The position numbers and the translations under genes were made by a program. This document shows positions 19,495 through 29,154 of a stretch of 64,000 nucleotides of DNA, in pieces; positions within the stretch are counted from its first letter, which is position 1, and each line of letters starts with the position of its first letter. A model generated the notes under the pieces. That model had not been told where the DNA came from and did no database searches. It saw only the letters and a list, made by a program, of their open reading frames with translations. Source of the DNA: an uncultured candidate division Zixibacteria bacterium (GTDB lineage: Bacteria > Zixibacteria > MSB-5A5 > GN15 > PGXB01); contig OY969724.1 of NCBI GenBank assembly GCA_963702205.1, forward strand, positions 544,001-608,000, in the 5' to 3' direction.

Positions 19495-20604
19495 ATGAAG
19501 TTCAACATATCGAAATCCAAACTCAATAAATGTCTTCAGTCGGTAATGCAGGTAGTTCCGAGTAAGTCGACCCTCCCGATATTGTCCAACATTCTTTTTG
19601 AATCATTCGAAGACAGGATAAAGGTATCGGCCACGGACCTTGAGGTTTCTATCACGGTTACGCTGGAATGCAGCATCGGCAAAAAAGGTGTTGCGGTTCT
19701 TCCGGGACGAATACTGTTTGATATTGTCAAAGAACTTCCCGAATCCGAGATATCGTTCGAGGGCACGACCAATCGAGTGGAACTTAAGGTTCCCAATGGG
19801 TCATACAAGATTGCCTGTGCGTCGGTGGAAGACTTCCCCAAGCTGCCGGTGGCCAATACCAAAAAGCAGATTGAGATCGACGGCCAGGATTTGGTGACGA
19901 TGATCCGCAAGACGACGTTCGCGTGCAGCAAAGATGAAACTCGTCCGGCTTTAAACGGTGTGCTCTGGTCGACCAAGGGCGATATGATGACGATGGTGGC
20001 CACCGACGGACATCGGCTGGCTAAGGCTTCGGTAGAGAATAAAAAGCTTAAAGGTCTTTCTGAGGATATTATTATTCCCCCCAAGGTATTGGATATAATT
20101 CCGAAATTCATTTCGGAAAATGAGCCGGTCGGTATAATTTTCGGCGAAAACAATATTATTTTCAATCTGAATGAAGTCATTCTGACGTCGCGATTAATAG
20201 AAGGTCCTTACCCCAATTTCGAACAGGTTATTCCCAACGAAAACGACAAGAAGATGGTCATCAATAAGGATGATCTGTCCGGTGCGGTGAGGCGCGTTTC
20301 TATCTTGTCCAATGCCCTGACACACCAGGTTAAGTTCAGCCTGAAGAACAACAATCTGACTATATCCACAACCAACGCCGACGTCGGTGGTGAGGGCAAA
20401 GAAACTCTATCGTGCGAGTTCGCCGGCGAGACGATCGAGCTCGGGTATAATGCGCTGTATATCACCGATATTTTGAATAAGATCGAGGGTGACGAGGTTT
20501 TGTTCGAGCTGACCAATGCGGTCTCAGCGGGTGTGATTATTTCTCCCGAGGTTCCCCGGGATGAATATCTCTGCCTGATTATGCCGCTGCGTCTGGCCGA
20601 TTAG
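19495..20604 (+). CDS. dnaN: DNA polymerase III beta clamp
   Basis: STLPILSN, ATDLE, VATDGHRL, SRLIEGPYP, LIMPLRL. Confidence 0.98.
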   Translation: MKFNISKSKLNKCLQSVMQVVPSKSTLPILSNILFESFEDRIKVSATDLEVSITVTLECSIGKKGVAVLPGRILFDIVKELPESEISFEGTTNRVELKVPNGSYKIACASVEDFPKLPVANTKKQIEIDGQDLVTMIRKTTFACSKDETRPALNGVLWSTKGDMMTMVATDGHRLAKASVENKKLKGLSEDIIIPPKVLDIIPKFISENEPVGIIFGENNIIFNLNEVILTSRLIEGPYPNFEQVIPNENDKKMVINKDDLSGAVRRVSILSNALTHQVKFSLKNNNLTISTTNADVGGEGKETLSCEFAGETIELGYNALYITDILNKIEGDEVLFELTNAVSAGVIISPEVPRDEYLCLIMPLRLAD

Positions 20605-20660
20605 TTGGGTTTTATTATCAGCGGTTGCTTTTAGGCGGTCGCGGCCTTATATATCCCGGC

Positions 20661-21749
20661 ATGCACCTGGCGAATTTAGATATTTCAAATTTCCGTAATT
20701 TTTCATCGGCAAAAATATCTTTCGGTGATAGCATAAATATTTTCCACGGGCAGAACGGTTCCGGAAAAACTAATCTGCTGGAAGCAATATTCGTCGTTCT
20801 GCTCGGTCGTTCGGCCAGGGGCGCCAATGACGTCGTTATGCTCAATGAACAGTCCGAGCATTACCGGCTCGAAGCCGAAGTATTTAAAGATAGCAAAGGT
20901 CATCTCTTTGCTCTGGCTTATCAAAAAGGCGGGCGGAAGAAAATTACCAAGGACAAAATCGATATCAAGATAGCCGAGCTGTTCAAAGACAACAGCGCTG
21001 TTTTCGCGGCGCCGGGCGATATCGAGATTTTGTCCGGGGCTCCGGCCGGGCGGCGGGAGTTTTTGAACATCTATATTTCGCAGGTCTCGCCCAATTACCT
21101 GGCGGATCTGGCCGAGTACCAGAAAATTCTGGCCCAGAAAAATGCTTTTCTCAAGCAGGAGAGAGCCGATGACTGCATTTATGATGATCTTCAGGTGCAG
21201 TGCGGGTCGCGGATAATGCATACGAGGCTGAATTTCATAAAGAACATCTCGGTGTTTGCGTCGAAATATTACGATAAGATTTCCGGGGCACATAAGTTTG
21301 GTGCATCGTACCGACCGTCGGTGGCGTTGGACAGCGATGATTTCAATATCGAAGAAATCGCAACCGCGTTCGAGTTGAAGCTGGCCAGATATAAAGAGCG
21401 CGAGAGAATAATGCAGACGGCGCTGGTGGGGCCGCACCGGGATGATATTGAGTTTATTATACGGGCATATCCGGCGCGCACCCACGCTTCACAGGGAGAG
21501 CTTCGTACGGCGGCGATAGCGCTTAAGCTGGCGGTGTTCGATTATATCAAAGAGAAGCGGGGCCGGACGCCGGTTCTGCTGCTCGATGAGATTTTCGCCG
21601 AACTCGACAAGGAGCGCCGCAATATGCTGATCGAATCGTTCGACAATTTCGGGCAGGTATTCATCACGACGGCGTCGCAGGTTCCGGACGGCCTTTCCGG
21701 GTCGGCCGAAAGCTTCCTGATAAAAGATGGTGCCATAACAGGCTCGTAG
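20661..21749 (+). CDS. recF: DNA replication/repair protein RecF
   Basis: NFRN, GQNGSGKTNLLEAI, GPHRDD, SQGELR, LLLDEIFAELD. Start at ATG 20661. Confidence 0.96.
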   Translation: MHLANLDISNFRNFSSAKISFGDSINIFHGQNGSGKTNLLEAIFVVLLGRSARGANDVVMLNEQSEHYRLEAEVFKDSKGHLFALAYQKGGRKKITKDKIDIKIAELFKDNSAVFAAPGDIEILSGAPAGRREFLNIYISQVSPNYLADLAEYQKILAQKNAFLKQERADDCIYDDLQVQCGSRIMHTRLNFIKNISVFASKYYDKISGAHKFGASYRPSVALDSDDFNIEEIATAFELKLARYKERERIMQTALVGPHRDDIEFIIRAYPARTHASQGELRTAAIALKLAVFDYIKEKRGRTPVLLLDEIFAELDKERRNMLIESFDNFGQVFITTASQVPDGLSGSAESFLIKDGAITGS

Positions 21750-21763
21750 AATTATAATATATC

Positions 21764-22813
21764 ATGCCGCGATTGAATATTGTCAGAGTTGAGAAATCGT
21801 TCGACGGACAGAAGGTCCTCGACGATGTCAACCTCCAGACGGCCGACGGTGAACTGGTGGTGGTGCTGGGGCCGTCGGGGTGCGGCAAGTCTACTCTGCT
21901 GCGTCTGGTGGCCGGACTGGAAGAGATCGATTCAGGGGAAATCTGGATCGGGACGCGGCGGGTCGATCAGCTGGTGCCGCAGAAGCGCAATGTCTCGCTG
22001 GTGTTTCAAAATTACGCCCTCTACCCTCACATGACGGTCGAGCAAAACCTAGCTTTTCCGCTCAAGATTTCCGGAGAAAATAAAAAGAAGATCAAAGACC
22101 GGGTGATACACGCGGCGTCGCTGATCGGTCTGGCCGATCGTCTGGATGCCCGGCCGGTGGAGCTGTCCGGCGGCCAGCGGCAGAGGGTGGCGCTGGGGCG
22201 GGCGATAATCCGTCAGCCGGATATATACCTTCTCGATGAGCCGCTGTCAAACCTCGACGCCGATCTTCGCACCCGCATGCGCCGCGAACTGGTGGTGCTC
22301 CAGAAAAATCTCGGAACGACCATGATCCATGTGACGCACGATCAGACCGAGGCGCTGACTATGGCCGACCGTCTGGCCGTCATTGAATCGGGCAAAATCA
22401 GACAGGTCGGGACGGTCGACGACGTTTATAACCGCCCGGCGGACCTTTTTGTGGCGTCATTTATCGGGACACCCAAAATGAATTTTGTGACCGGGTGGAT
22501 TTCGGAAAATACGATCAAGCCGTTCAATTTGTCGATAGTGCACGTGCCGGCGGATTATGAATTCCAGGAAGTGACAGTCGGGATTCGACCGGAGGATGTA
22601 TTGATCGGTGCCGACGGGCTGTTTAACGGAGAAGTTTCGAGCATCGAGTATCTCGGCAATCGGAGTGTCGTGACGTTCAAGTATAACGACGTGATATTGA
22701 ATACAGTTACCGATTCCGGTAAGTACAATATCGGGGAAAATATCAGGTTTTCGGTCAATACCGGCCGGTGTCATATATTTCATAAAGAGTCGGGTGTTTG
22801 TTTGAGTAGTTGA
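21764..22813 (+). CDS. Carbohydrate ABC transporter ATPase (MalK/MsmK/UgpC type, TOBE tail)
   Basis: GPSGCGKS, FQNYALYPHM, LSGGQRQR, DEPLSNLD, FVASFIG. Confidence 0.93.
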   Translation: MPRLNIVRVEKSFDGQKVLDDVNLQTADGELVVVLGPSGCGKSTLLRLVAGLEEIDSGEIWIGTRRVDQLVPQKRNVSLVFQNYALYPHMTVEQNLAFPLKISGENKKKIKDRVIHAASLIGLADRLDARPVELSGGQRQRVALGRAIIRQPDIYLLDEPLSNLDADLRTRMRRELVVLQKNLGTTMIHVTHDQTEALTMADRLAVIESGKIRQVGTVDDVYNRPADLFVASFIGTPKMNFVTGWISENTIKPFNLSIVHVPADYEFQEVTVGIRPEDVLIGADGLFNGEVSSIEYLGNRSVVTFKYNDVILNTVTDSGKYNIGENIRFSVNTGRCHIFHKESGVCLSS

Positions 22814-22840
22814 GATTGACTACTTGTCGGTCAGTACTTA

Positions 22841-22981
22841 TCAGGCGGCAGACGAGGGCGTCGGCCGCCCACGGAATGCATTGAACCGAAGAGACTGGAT
22901 ACCCGCGTACGCGGGTATGACATTGTTGAAGCTTCGGTGCATTGAAATCAAGATGTCAGGAGCGCAGGGCTCCTGACCTAC
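22841..22981. repeat. Cluster of three different REP-like hairpins
   Basis: GGCGGCAGACG..CGTCGGCCGCCCAC (22841-22872); CTGGATACCCGCGTACGCGGGTATGACA (~22896-22923); GTCAGGAGCGCAGGGCTCCTGACCTAC (~22955-22981, GTAG on minus strand). Confidence 0.75.
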
Positions 22982-22996
22982 CAAGACTAAGATAGC

Positions 22997-24589
22997 CTAT
23001 TTAAGCAGAACCGCTTTGGCTATTTTGCTCTGGTTGTCGGTTGAGGCTTTGATGAAATAGACGCCCGAGGCGGCTTTTGAACCATCCCAAGTGTATTCGT
23101 ACTGCCCGGCGGGGATAGTACAGTCCACGACCTGTCCGACCTTTTGCCCTGTTATATTGTAGACTTCTATTTTCAGATGAGATTTGCCGTTCAGTTCGAC
23201 CGGAATGCTCAGGGTCGGGTTAAAGGGGTTTGGGTAGGCCGGGCCGAGAGTGAATGATGATGGAAGAACCGATTGCGGGGGTTCGTCGGTGCCGGTTGTT
23301 ATGGATATATCATAGGCGTTGAGATGACCGGATTGAACGGCTATCAGCTTCGGATCACCGAAGGTATCTAATGATGAATAAGCGAAAACGGCATCCGTCG
23401 GAGCGAGGAAGTCGTACGAAGAATCCGATATTTGCCCATCCGCGGCATTTCGGACGTAGAGTTTTTCGTTCTGCACGGTAAAAAGATCGCCGGAAAAATC
23501 CTTGGTGGCAAAGATGTATTTTATTTCGGGCTGGCTGGTGATATCTATTTTCCAGAGCGTATCCATGTGATCGGCCGCAGCGAGATTATAAAGGGCCAGG
23601 TGCCGAGACGAATCTTCGCAAAGTAAAGTTAAATCATCATAGTCATAACCTTGAGAACTCTGATACTCGGTGGCTGCGAACTCATAGCCGGGCACAGCGG
23701 GATTTATATCATCAATCCAGTGGCATTCAAATAATGCGTAATTAATGGTGGTAGCCTGGGGACAATTATATTCATAAGGAAGGATTCCCGCGAAAACACG
23801 CGTACTGTCAATATAACCGTTTATGGTCGATTGGGTTTTATCATACATATAGCCATAATTGGCAATCGCCGGATGCCATAAATAGTTATAGTACTCGCCC
23901 ATCGCTACGTCAATAAGTGTATCCGGATGGAATAGCGGCAGTCTCTTATAATCGGTATATGGTAACCAATCGACTATCGACGTGGTGCCTGCGAAAATGT
24001 CAATTGTATAAATAATATCCACATTATAGCAATACCACATTTGCTCAATTTCGTTATTATAATTCGTGCATTTTACTCTGGCATATAGTTTTTCTTCTCC
24101 GCCATTGCCTGAATCAATAAAAAACAGGCTGTCGCAATATGGATTGAAATACGTTTCGTACCATACCAGGTCCGGTAATTGGGTTATATGCTGCGTGACA
24201 AGATTCGTATATCCGAAAGTGCTCAAATGGGTCGTTAAAACTTCGTCTATATTGTATGGGCTGTCCCAATTTCGATGGATTTCAACAAAATCCAATAAGG
24301 TATCATTATCGAGATAAGCTACGGCTATTTTGGCATCCTGAGCGTAAGGTGTTTTATTAATATAGTCAATCGTTTTGCCGTAGCGGATCGACCAGGTCGC
24401 GAACATATTTTTGTTTTCGGCCTGGATCTCGTAGTAACCGTCGCGGTCGTGGTCGGTGACCTTGAATGTCGTCGATGGATTGATATAGAATGTGTCGGGC
24501 AGTGCGGACGATATATCCAGATTCAGATTGATTCCGGCTGTGACTGGGCCGGCAATCATAAGCAATAGAATTAATGAAAGCCTTATCAT
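22997..24589 (-). CDS. Secreted protein with T9SS type-A sorting domain
   Basis: Signal peptide; Tyr/Asp-rich body with FG-GAP-like 'DHDRDGYYEI'; C-terminal AYPNPFNP...SGVYFI...KAVLLK. Lower GC than its neighbours. Confidence 0.85.
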   Translation of the reverse strand: MIRLSLILLLMIAGPVTAGINLNLDISSALPDTFYINPSTTFKVTDHDRDGYYEIQAENKNMFATWSIRYGKTIDYINKTPYAQDAKIAVAYLDNDTLLDFVEIHRNWDSPYNIDEVLTTHLSTFGYTNLVTQHITQLPDLVWYETYFNPYCDSLFFIDSGNGGEEKLYARVKCTNYNNEIEQMWYCYNVDIIYTIDIFAGTTSIVDWLPYTDYKRLPLFHPDTLIDVAMGEYYNYLWHPAIANYGYMYDKTQSTINGYIDSTRVFAGILPYEYNCPQATTINYALFECHWIDDINPAVPGYEFAATEYQSSQGYDYDDLTLLCEDSSRHLALYNLAAADHMDTLWKIDITSQPEIKYIFATKDFSGDLFTVQNEKLYVRNAADGQISDSSYDFLAPTDAVFAYSSLDTFGDPKLIAVQSGHLNAYDISITTGTDEPPQSVLPSSFTLGPAYPNPFNPTLSIPVELNGKSHLKIEVYNITGQKVGQVVDCTIPAGQYEYTWDGSKAASGVYFIKASTDNQSKIAKAVLLK

Positions 24590-24714
24590 TTTCGAGTCCC
24601 CTGTCTTAATTATAATGACGTTTATTTTTGGGATTTGTCAAGTGCGTATTTGGGTGGGATCGGGACCCGGGGCGAGCGCGATGATAAAGCACATGGCGGT
24701 TTGCTTATTCGTAG

Positions 24715-24746
24715 TCAGGCGGCAGACGGGGGCGTCTGCCGCCCAC
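24715..24746. repeat. REP-like hairpin, second copy of 22841-22872
   Basis: TCAGGCGGCAGACGGGGGCGTCTGCCGCCCAC, 30/32 identical to the first copy, same orientation. Confidence 0.8.
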
Positions 24747-24804
24747 AGAATAAACAATAGGAATGCTTTAAAAATCGAATTTGTTTTGGGAGTGTCTGGT
24801 TAAG

Positions 24805-25155
24805 TCAGGAAGCGAATTTGTCGAATTTTTCCCAGTAGGTTTCGGAAAGCTTATACGGCGTGAAGTCGCCCTGCGCTTCGGCCGGGACGATCAGGCCCAT
24901 TCGTTCGGCGTAATTTAACAGCTCGATAAACTCGGTGTATTTATACATCTGGACGGTTTCGGGGGCGTCGGGTCCGAACGACCACTCCCCTTCTTTCTTG
25001 CCGAGCGCGCCGACGTTGTCCTTGCAAAGGGCGTGAAGATACTGCTGGAGGGAGTATTGCTGCTTGTCGAAATAGTCGATGGGCGGCTGGGGCATTGGAA
25101 TTGGAGCCCCGAGCGCTATTTCATATCGGAAATGGCTATATGTCTCGATACTCAT
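24805..25155 (-). CDS. Hypothetical protein
   Basis: 116-aa ORF with genome-like codon usage filling an intergenic gap; no recognised motif. Confidence 0.65.
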   Translation of the reverse strand: MSIETYSHFRYEIALGAPIPMPQPPIDYFDKQQYSLQQYLHALCKDNVGALGKKEGEWSFGPDAPETVQMYKYTEFIELLNYAERMGLIVPAEAQGDFTPYKLSETYWEKFDKFAS

Positions 25156-25272
25156 ATTTTTATAATCGGCTAATTCCCATAAAATTAACAGCTTTAATTG
25201 AGTCTAAATTTGGATAAATTTTGACACGTTGTCAATAAAAATGATTAAAGAAGTCCGGGAATCGGATAAGCC

Positions 25273-26370
25273 CTATTTCACGCGTTTCGAGAAGCGCAGG
25301 GATGAGAAGGTGAAGACGGCGACGCCGAAGATTATCATCGCTATCACCTGTTTGTGCAAAATGTCGATCGACGAACCTTTCATCATGATTCCCCGCACAA
25401 TAGTCATGTAATAACGCATCGGGTTTAAGTATGTCAGCGCCTGCACCACTTTGGGCATGTTGGCAATCGGTATGAAAAAGCCCGAAGTCAGAATCGCGAA
25501 AATAGAAAAGAACCACGCGAAAAACATCGCCTGCTGCTGGGTTTTGGTCGCGGTCGAGATGAACATCCCCACCCCGAGCGACGTGAACAGGTAGATAAAC
25601 GACAGGAAGTACAGCAGTCCCCACGAGCCCGCGAACGGAATCTTGAACCAGATGATCCCGAACGCCAGCGCAATCGACATTTCTATGAAGCCGATGATAG
25701 CGAACGGGATGGTTTTGCCGAGGATCAGACCGGGGGTAGAGATTGGGGTCACCATGAGCTGTTCGAGCGTCCCTCTCTCCCTCTCGCGGACGATGCCCAT
25801 CGCGGTCAGCATGACGGTTATCATGGTCAATAGTACGGCCACGATTCCGGGAACCATGAAATAGACCGACTCGGCCTCGGGATTGAACAGGTTTTTCTGG
25901 CGCAACTGTATCGGCATATTGAACCCGAGGACGCGTTTGTTGAACTGAGCAGTGATCAGACCGGCGTAGCCGAGGGTGATCGAGGCGGTGTTGGCGTTGG
26001 AGCCGTCGAGCAACAGCCCGACTTCGACCTTTTCGCGGTTGTCGATTTTTTCCGAGAAATCCACGGGGATAATCAAGACGGCGTTTCTGCGGTTCTGGCG
26101 GAAAGCCAGATCGGCGTTGAGAAGCGGGAGTTTGTCTTTGGAAGTGACGAAATAATCACCGGCCGACAGCGAACGCACGTAATCGCGCGACAGGCTGCTA
26201 TGGTCGAAATCGTAGACGGCCGTGTTGATGAGTTTGACGTCGGTCGAGACGGCATACCCCAGCAGGAGCAGTTGTATCAGCGGCATGATGAACAACAGGC
26301 GGAGCATGATCGGGTCGCGCAGGACCTGCCGGAATTCCTTTATAATCAGGGCGATAATGGTCTGTATCAT
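25273..26370 (-). CDS. ABC-2 exporter permease (YbhR-like)
   Basis: KEFRQVLRDP, RERERGTLEQLMVTP, multiple TM helices. Confidence 0.92.
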   Translation of the reverse strand: MIQTIIALIIKEFRQVLRDPIMLRLLFIMPLIQLLLLGYAVSTDVKLINTAVYDFDHSSLSRDYVRSLSAGDYFVTSKDKLPLLNADLAFRQNRRNAVLIIPVDFSEKIDNREKVEVGLLLDGSNANTASITLGYAGLITAQFNKRVLGFNMPIQLRQKNLFNPEAESVYFMVPGIVAVLLTMITVMLTAMGIVRERERGTLEQLMVTPISTPGLILGKTIPFAIIGFIEMSIALAFGIIWFKIPFAGSWGLLYFLSFIYLFTSLGVGMFISTATKTQQQAMFFAWFFSIFAILTSGFFIPIANMPKVVQALTYLNPMRYYMTIVRGIMMKGSSIDILHKQVIAMIIFGVAVFTFSSLRFSKRVK

Positions 26371-26373
26371 GGT

Positions 26374-27516
26374 TCAACCGATTTTCAGTTTAAAGCGTTT
26401 GGTGGCTACGGTCAGCAGGACGAACGTTATCAATATCAAAAAGACGGCCTGAGGCCAGAGTTCGGCCAGTCCGGAGCTTTTGAGCATAATCCCCCGGATT
26501 ATCTGCAGAAAGTACGTCGCCGGGATGATGCGGGTTATCTGCTGCAAAATGAACGGCATGTTTTTTATTTCGAAAATGAAACCGGACAGCATAACCGACG
26601 GCAGGACGGTAGCCATGACCGCACCCATCATCGCCACCTGCTGTGTGTCGGCGATGGTCGAGATGAGCACGCCAAGTGACAGCGCGGCGGTGATATATAT
26701 CCCCATAAAGAACAGCAGAAGGATGACCGAGCCGTTGAACGGTACCCCGAAATGGAAGACACCGAATGCCAGAACGAGAAGGCCATCGAGAAACGCCAGG
26801 CCGATATAGGGCATAACTTTGCCGATAATAATCTGTTTGGCGGTGACCGGTGACGTTAATAGCTGTTCCATAGTGCCGGTTTCTTTTTCGCGGGCGATGG
26901 TGACCGAGGTCAGCAGGGCCGAGATCATCATGAGAATTATGGCGATCAGTCCGGGCACGAAGAAATGCGAGGACTTCAGGTCCGGGTTGTAAAGTACCTG
27001 CCGGGAGATTTCCACTCCGGGAAATTCCATACCGGGCGGCAGCTGCGAGGCGAGGTATTCATTGACGATGACGGCGGCGTAACTTCCGGCGGCCGCGGCG
27101 ACATTGGCATCGGCTCCGTCGAGCAGAAGACCGATATCGTAGACGTCGCTGCTGCCGAAAAGTGAGGCCTCCGGATTGGAGCGGATCGATTCGATTTTGT
27201 CAGCAAAGCCGGGCTTGATTATAAGTACGGCGTTGGCGTCGCCGGCCTTAAGAATTCTTTCCGGGTCAGACAGCGACGGTTCCTCATCGGAGTGGAAGAA
27301 ATACCCTGAGTTATAGAACTTGTTTGCCAGCTCACGTGATTCGAAGGAATGATCGTAGTCGAGCACGCCGAGGGTGATATTTTTTATGTCGAGATTGACG
27401 GCGTAACCGTAGAGGAGCGTCATGAATATCGGCATCATAATGGCGATGAAAAGCGAACGCGGGTCGCGCAGGATGTGGCGGAATTCTTTGGCGGCGATGT
27501 AACGAATCTTAGACAC
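26374..27516 (-). CDS. ABC-2 exporter permease (YbhS-like)
   Basis: KEFRHILRDP, AREKETGTMEQLL, multiple TM helices. Confidence 0.92.
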   Translation of the reverse strand: MSKIRYIAAKEFRHILRDPRSLFIAIMMPIFMTLLYGYAVNLDIKNITLGVLDYDHSFESRELANKFYNSGYFFHSDEEPSLSDPERILKAGDANAVLIIKPGFADKIESIRSNPEASLFGSSDVYDIGLLLDGADANVAAAAGSYAAVIVNEYLASQLPPGMEFPGVEISRQVLYNPDLKSSHFFVPGLIAIILMMISALLTSVTIAREKETGTMEQLLTSPVTAKQIIIGKVMPYIGLAFLDGLLVLAFGVFHFGVPFNGSVILLLFFMGIYITAALSLGVLISTIADTQQVAMMGAVMATVLPSVMLSGFIFEIKNMPFILQQITRIIPATYFLQIIRGIMLKSSGLAELWPQAVFLILITFVLLTVATKRFKLKIG

Positions 27517-28246
27517 TGGCTCCCTCGCGCGAAATCAGCTTGATGAACACTTCCTGAAGGTCTTTTTCGCCGTGCTTTTCGATCAGGTCGCGCGGTTGTC
27601 CCATTTCGATGATGCGTCCGTGGTGCATGATGGAGATCCTGTCGCAGAATTCCGCTTCGTCCATATAATGCGTGGTGACGAACAGAGTCGTGCCCGATTC
27701 GGCCAGATGGTACAGTATGTTCCAGAAGCGTCTGCGGAATATGGGATCGACACCGCCGGTCGGTTCATCGAGGAAGAGAATTTCCGGTTCGTGCATAAGG
27801 GCCGCGGCCAGCGCCAGTCTCTGCCTCCATCCGACCGGGAGTGAACCCGACAGGCGGCCGACAAATTCGCCGAGGTTGAGTCGCTCGACCATTTCGTCGA
27901 TTTTCTTTTTTAGCCGTTTTGGCGGGAGTCTGTATACGGAGCCGTAGAACTGAAGGTTCTCCTTTCCGGTCAGGTCGGGGTACAGAGAGAATTTCTGGGA
28001 CATGTATCCAATCGAGCGCTTTATCTGCTCATTTTCTTTATAGATATCGAAGCCGCTGACTCGTCCTTCGCCGGAGGTTGGAAGAAGCAGCCCGCAAAGC
28101 ATGCGGATGGCGGTCGTCTTCCCGGCCCCGTTGGCCCCGAGGAAGCCGAATATTTCGCCCTTTTTGACCGTCAGGCTGATCTGATCGACGGCGGTGAACT
28201 CTCCGAATTGTCGGGTGAGGTCTTTTATGACGACGGCATCGCTCAT
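27509..28246 (-). CDS. ABC transporter ATP-binding protein
   Basis: GANGAGKT, YMSQKFSLY, degenerate signature LPVGWRQR, LDEPTGGVD. Confidence 0.93.
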   Translation of the reverse strand: MSDAVVIKDLTRQFGEFTAVDQISLTVKKGEIFGFLGANGAGKTTAIRMLCGLLLPTSGEGRVSGFDIYKENEQIKRSIGYMSQKFSLYPDLTGKENLQFYGSVYRLPPKRLKKKIDEMVERLNLGEFVGRLSGSLPVGWRQRLALAAALMHEPEILFLDEPTGGVDPIFRRRFWNILYHLAESGTTLFVTTHYMDEAEFCDRISIMHHGRIIEMGQPRDLIEKHGEKDLQEVFIKLISREGASV

Positions 28247-29154
28247 GTTTTATCCATTAATTGTATGAAAGTGTCTTCGAGGTCGGGCCGGATTTCGCTG
28301 AGGGCATCAGCGTTAAAACCGAGGCCGGAAAATTCGGTGCCGTACTCGGTGACGTCGTGCTGTGAATCGACGTAGAGGTGCATGGTGCTTCCGAAACGCC
28401 GCGCGGAAAGACCGCTCGAATTGTTGAGTTCCTCTATTTGATCGATGGTCGGCAGGGCGTTGAGACGGTAGACGCGGCCCTCGAACAGTGCGGTCAGATC
28501 ATCGGGTGTACCCTCAGCCATGTTTTTTCCGCCGAAGATGAAGATCGAGCGGTCGGCCAGAGCGACTTCGTCCATGTACGGGGTCGAGACGATGACGGTG
28601 GCGCCGTCGTTCCGCAGTTTTTTCAGTATGTCCCAGAACTGTCGTCGGGATAGGGGGTCGACGCCGGTGGTCGGTTCGTCGAGGACAAGGACCTGCGGGT
28701 CATGGATGAGGTTACAGCTCAGAGCGAGTTTTTGTTTCATGCCCCCGGAGAGGGCTTCGGCGCGGCGGCTGGCGAACGGCCCGAGATTGGAGAACTTATA
28801 TAAGTACTGTTTTTTCTCTTCGAAATGTTGTCGTGACAGCCCGAACAGCCCGGCATAAAACGACAGGTTTTCCTCGACGGACAAATCCGGGTAGAGCGAG
28901 AAGTTCTGCGGCATATAACCCAGCAGCGGTTTGATTTGGTCGAACTGGGTTCTGACGTCATACCCGGCGATGGTGATGGTTCCGTCATCGAAACCGAGCA
29001 AGCCGCAGGCGGCGCGGAATATGGTGGTTTTGCCGGCTCCGTCGGGTCCGACCAGAGCAAGAATTTTACCGCGCTCGGCGGTCAGGCTGAAATTGTCGAC
29101 GGCCTTAAGTTTGCCGTAGGAGCGGCTGAAATTTTGTATCTCAACGAGGCTCAT
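28243..29154 (-). CDS. ABC transporter ATP-binding protein
   Basis: GPDGAGKT, LSGGMKQK, LDEPTTGVD. Confidence 0.93.
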   Translation of the reverse strand: MSLVEIQNFSRSYGKLKAVDNFSLTAERGKILALVGPDGAGKTTIFRAACGLLGFDDGTITIAGYDVRTQFDQIKPLLGYMPQNFSLYPDLSVEENLSFYAGLFGLSRQHFEEKKQYLYKFSNLGPFASRRAEALSGGMKQKLALSCNLIHDPQVLVLDEPTTGVDPLSRRQFWDILKKLRNDGATVIVSTPYMDEVALADRSIFIFGGKNMAEGTPDDLTALFEGRVYRLNALPTIDQIEELNNSSGLSARRFGSTMHLYVDSQHDVTEYGTEFSGLGFNADALSEIRPDLEDTFIQLMDKT

